This document shows, piece by piece, positions 61,622 through 64,000 of a stretch of 64,000 bases of DNA. A program made the translations under genes and the position numbers. The notes under the pieces were generated by a model, which saw only the letters and a list, made by a program, of their open reading frames with translations, had not been told where the DNA came from and made no database searches. This DNA comes from Callorhinchus milii. Taxonomy: Eukaryota. The DNA is taken from positions 82,958,001 to 83,022,000 of the forward strand of contig NW_024704743.1 of the NCBI RefSeq assembly GCF_018977255.1, read 5' to 3'. Numbering within the stretch: position 1 is the first letter of the stretch; each line of letters opens with the position of its first letter.

Positions 61622-64000
61622 GTCATAAAAAAAGTAGTTTAATTTATCTCTTAACTGGAACAGTTTTTCATTTACATGCAGCTATTTAAATGATATTTAT
61701 TTTTCCCTAAAAAGAGGAAAGAATTTGAAAGTAGATTTTAAAAAAAAGTTTTTTTTGAAAAAATACTTAGCATCTACAAGCTAAGTAACAATGCTCCCTC
61801 TTGAATTCAGTTGATTCTTTCTTATTGCTTTTCGCAACCATTCCTGCACCAAAAAGTATTACAGCTAAAATAAGTTTATATTGAATTGCAGAAAGCTGCT
61901 CCTATGCTTTCCATCACAGAATGAAGTGTTGTAGTGTACTGTAAACCTAAAAATAATTGCATCATAAATATTTTGCAACTTGCAAAAATTTCACTGATGC
62001 TAACGTCTGAAAGCCACTTGTAATTGAAGAAAGTACTTTCATTTCTATTAATATAACGTTAATTTTCATGGTGTAAAAATATTGTTGATTGTAGAGTCAT
62101 TTGTGAATAGCAGCTTGTGTAAATGTGTTTTGTTTTTAATTAAAGAAAAATCAGGAAAAGTTTTATAGAGCTTCCGGAGAGAACTGAAATTCAATTAAAA
62201 AAACACAATAAGGATCGCTGGGTGAATGTCATCTATGTACTTATAGATTTTAGTTGTCATTTGATTGTATTCCTTAAAAATTGACTTTAAAATTGCTTGT
62301 GGAAAGATGCTGAATACTTTCAAAGACAAATGTACCTTGTCTGCAGGAATTATGTATTATATCTAAATAATAAATGGCACAAGAAGGTGTATATGTGTAT
62401 ATGTGTACATAGGCAGCTGCATTGTTAATTAGGCGATGTTGTGACATTTTAATATTTTACACACATTACCATATTAATCATAACAATTTTGCACGGTGTA
62501 ATTACAATGTTATTATATGGCAGAAAAAGGTAACCATGCCGCACAGGACGCTTAGTGTTCAGACAGCTGAAATCCAATCTTCTATGAAAAATACATTTTA
62601 CAATTAAGAAATACTATCGTTTATCATCCGTAGTGAAAAGGAATGGTGCCGGTACAGCAGAGGTTAAAACGCTCCTTGCTGTGTTGTTTTTCTTCATAAC
62701 TCTAGGTAAACAGCTTTTGCTGCCTTTTAATGCACAGGTTAAGTGTAGTTCTGGGCTATTATACATCATTAGAGTAAGTAATATTCAACTGTGAAAGAAA
62801 GATGGAAGCTTTTCACTTGTGGTCACTCGGACATTTCATTTGTCATCTAGCACAGTGCTGCAGAAATTAGTTTTGGCAGCCCTGATATAATTTACAGCCT
62901 GGCATCCTGAAATTAAGCAATGAATCACACCATTTTCGCTGATTAGAGTTAATACATTTTTTCCTGAACACATATTTTGTGAAACAGTGCAGTAGATATG
63001 AAACTTTACCTATCGCACCCCAGTCATTTCTCATTGCAGTGCATGTGTGATCCCTCACCTGCGATGCATATTGTGCATAGGTTACCCGGTACACATATTT
63101 ATGTGGTCATTCATAAAAATTAACCATGTGAACCCTTTGGGATTTTTCTTCCTCTCCTGCCTTACACGAAAGTACCACAGTGAATGTCAGTAATTGACTC
63201 AATACAGGCTGATGGATTGAGGGTCCAGTACATAATAATCAAGTGAATTGAGGTCATTGGATTAAGCCTGAGGGCCATGCAGTCCATATCTGGTCAATAG
63301 CAAATTTATTATATTCAAATCCAATAAAAGGAAAACGGCCTTTGAATGGAATACATTTATTTTTATTTTATGCCCCCCCCACCGAAGCTACAGGAGCCAC
63401 ACTCAGTCTGTAGTACCTTTTGTAGATCCTTTACAGACTGAATTTTGCAACAATTTTGTAACATTTCTTCACTTGTTAAAATGCCTTTTCTATTTGTTTT
63501 AGATTTTGTTTTAGATTTTTACTTTGTCAATGCTCCTTGTATTTATAGACTGCAGCCAAAGACTGCAGTGTGTTTCAGTGTTGTTCTTATCTGACTAATT
63601 TAACCATGTTGAAAAATTGCTTGGAATGCTGTAGTGAGACTGGGTTTCTGTTCAAGTCAGTTTTTATGTAACACATTTTTGATGGGAATAAAATTGGTCT
63701 CTGTAGGCCTTCAAAAAAAGCCATATTGCAGTTTTAAGCACGAGTATCCAGAATTGTTCATATTGCCAGACTAATCCAATGCACATTTAAGAGACATCTG
63801 CCTAAATGTTTCTTCTGCCTTTTGAAATTCAATTTAACCTAATTTTGGTCTATTTAGAATCCTGAGTTTATAGTGCATAAATGTGGGAACATACAACTGA
63901 ACAAGACTGGAAAAGATGACTGCAGTCCATCTGGTCAATCCCAAAGCAAAAACAAAATCGTACACTACTCTCATACCCTTCAATTGATTTCTTTGCCAAA

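Larger units (their letters stand above)
2846..64000 (+). other. ZNF407: Long intron of ZNF407 (continues beyond the window)
   Basis: Strong GTAAG donor at 2846. No ORF matching the large low-complexity terminal ZNF407 exon (GIVSKSY...) appears in the ORF track, and the content is repeats and non-coding DNA. Confidence 0.8.

Noticed and set aside
156..63094. The many 60-140 aa ORFs in the six-frame track
   Set aside because: Apart from the ZNF407 exon and LINE remnants, they lack recognisable domains, often use non-ATG starts or overlap SINEs, and are of the size expected by chance.
63278..63939. Near-identical motif tgcagtccat(at)ctggtcaat at 63278-63298 and 63921-63939
   Set aside because: Only ~19 nt with an indel and non-aligning flanks. 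The second copy resembles a decayed CR1 3' end, so chance similarity is plausible.

Overview
This is eukaryotic, AT-rich vertebrate DNA. It most likely comes from a cartilaginous fish (chimaera/elephant-shark-like), judging from its L2 and CR1 LINEs, Deu-domain SINEs and a shark-type Penelope-like terminal fragment; the species assignment is an inference. The only convincing protein-coding sequence is one 179-nt internal exon (2667-2845, + strand, AG/GT splice sites) encoding the last C2H2 finger region of ZNF407. The large terminal ZNF407 exon is not in the window, so the remaining ~61 kb appears to be one long intron. That intron holds many decayed retroelements, several nested insertions, one or two unclassified ancient repeat families, local duplications, palindromes, and TE-free motif-rich blocks that look like candidate developmental enhancers (ZNF407 neighbours TSHZ1 in jawed vertebrates). 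I found no prokaryote-type system, CRISPR array, intact transposon ORF or demonstrably new gene system. The best leads are an ancient ~260-bp duplicated enhancer-like module, a possibly conserved intron read-through ZNF407 isoform, an unclassified 4-copy repeat, a decayed hammerhead-ribozyme-like motif and modular SINE architecture. Repeat boundaries were read by eye and are approximate (about +/-10-30 nt).
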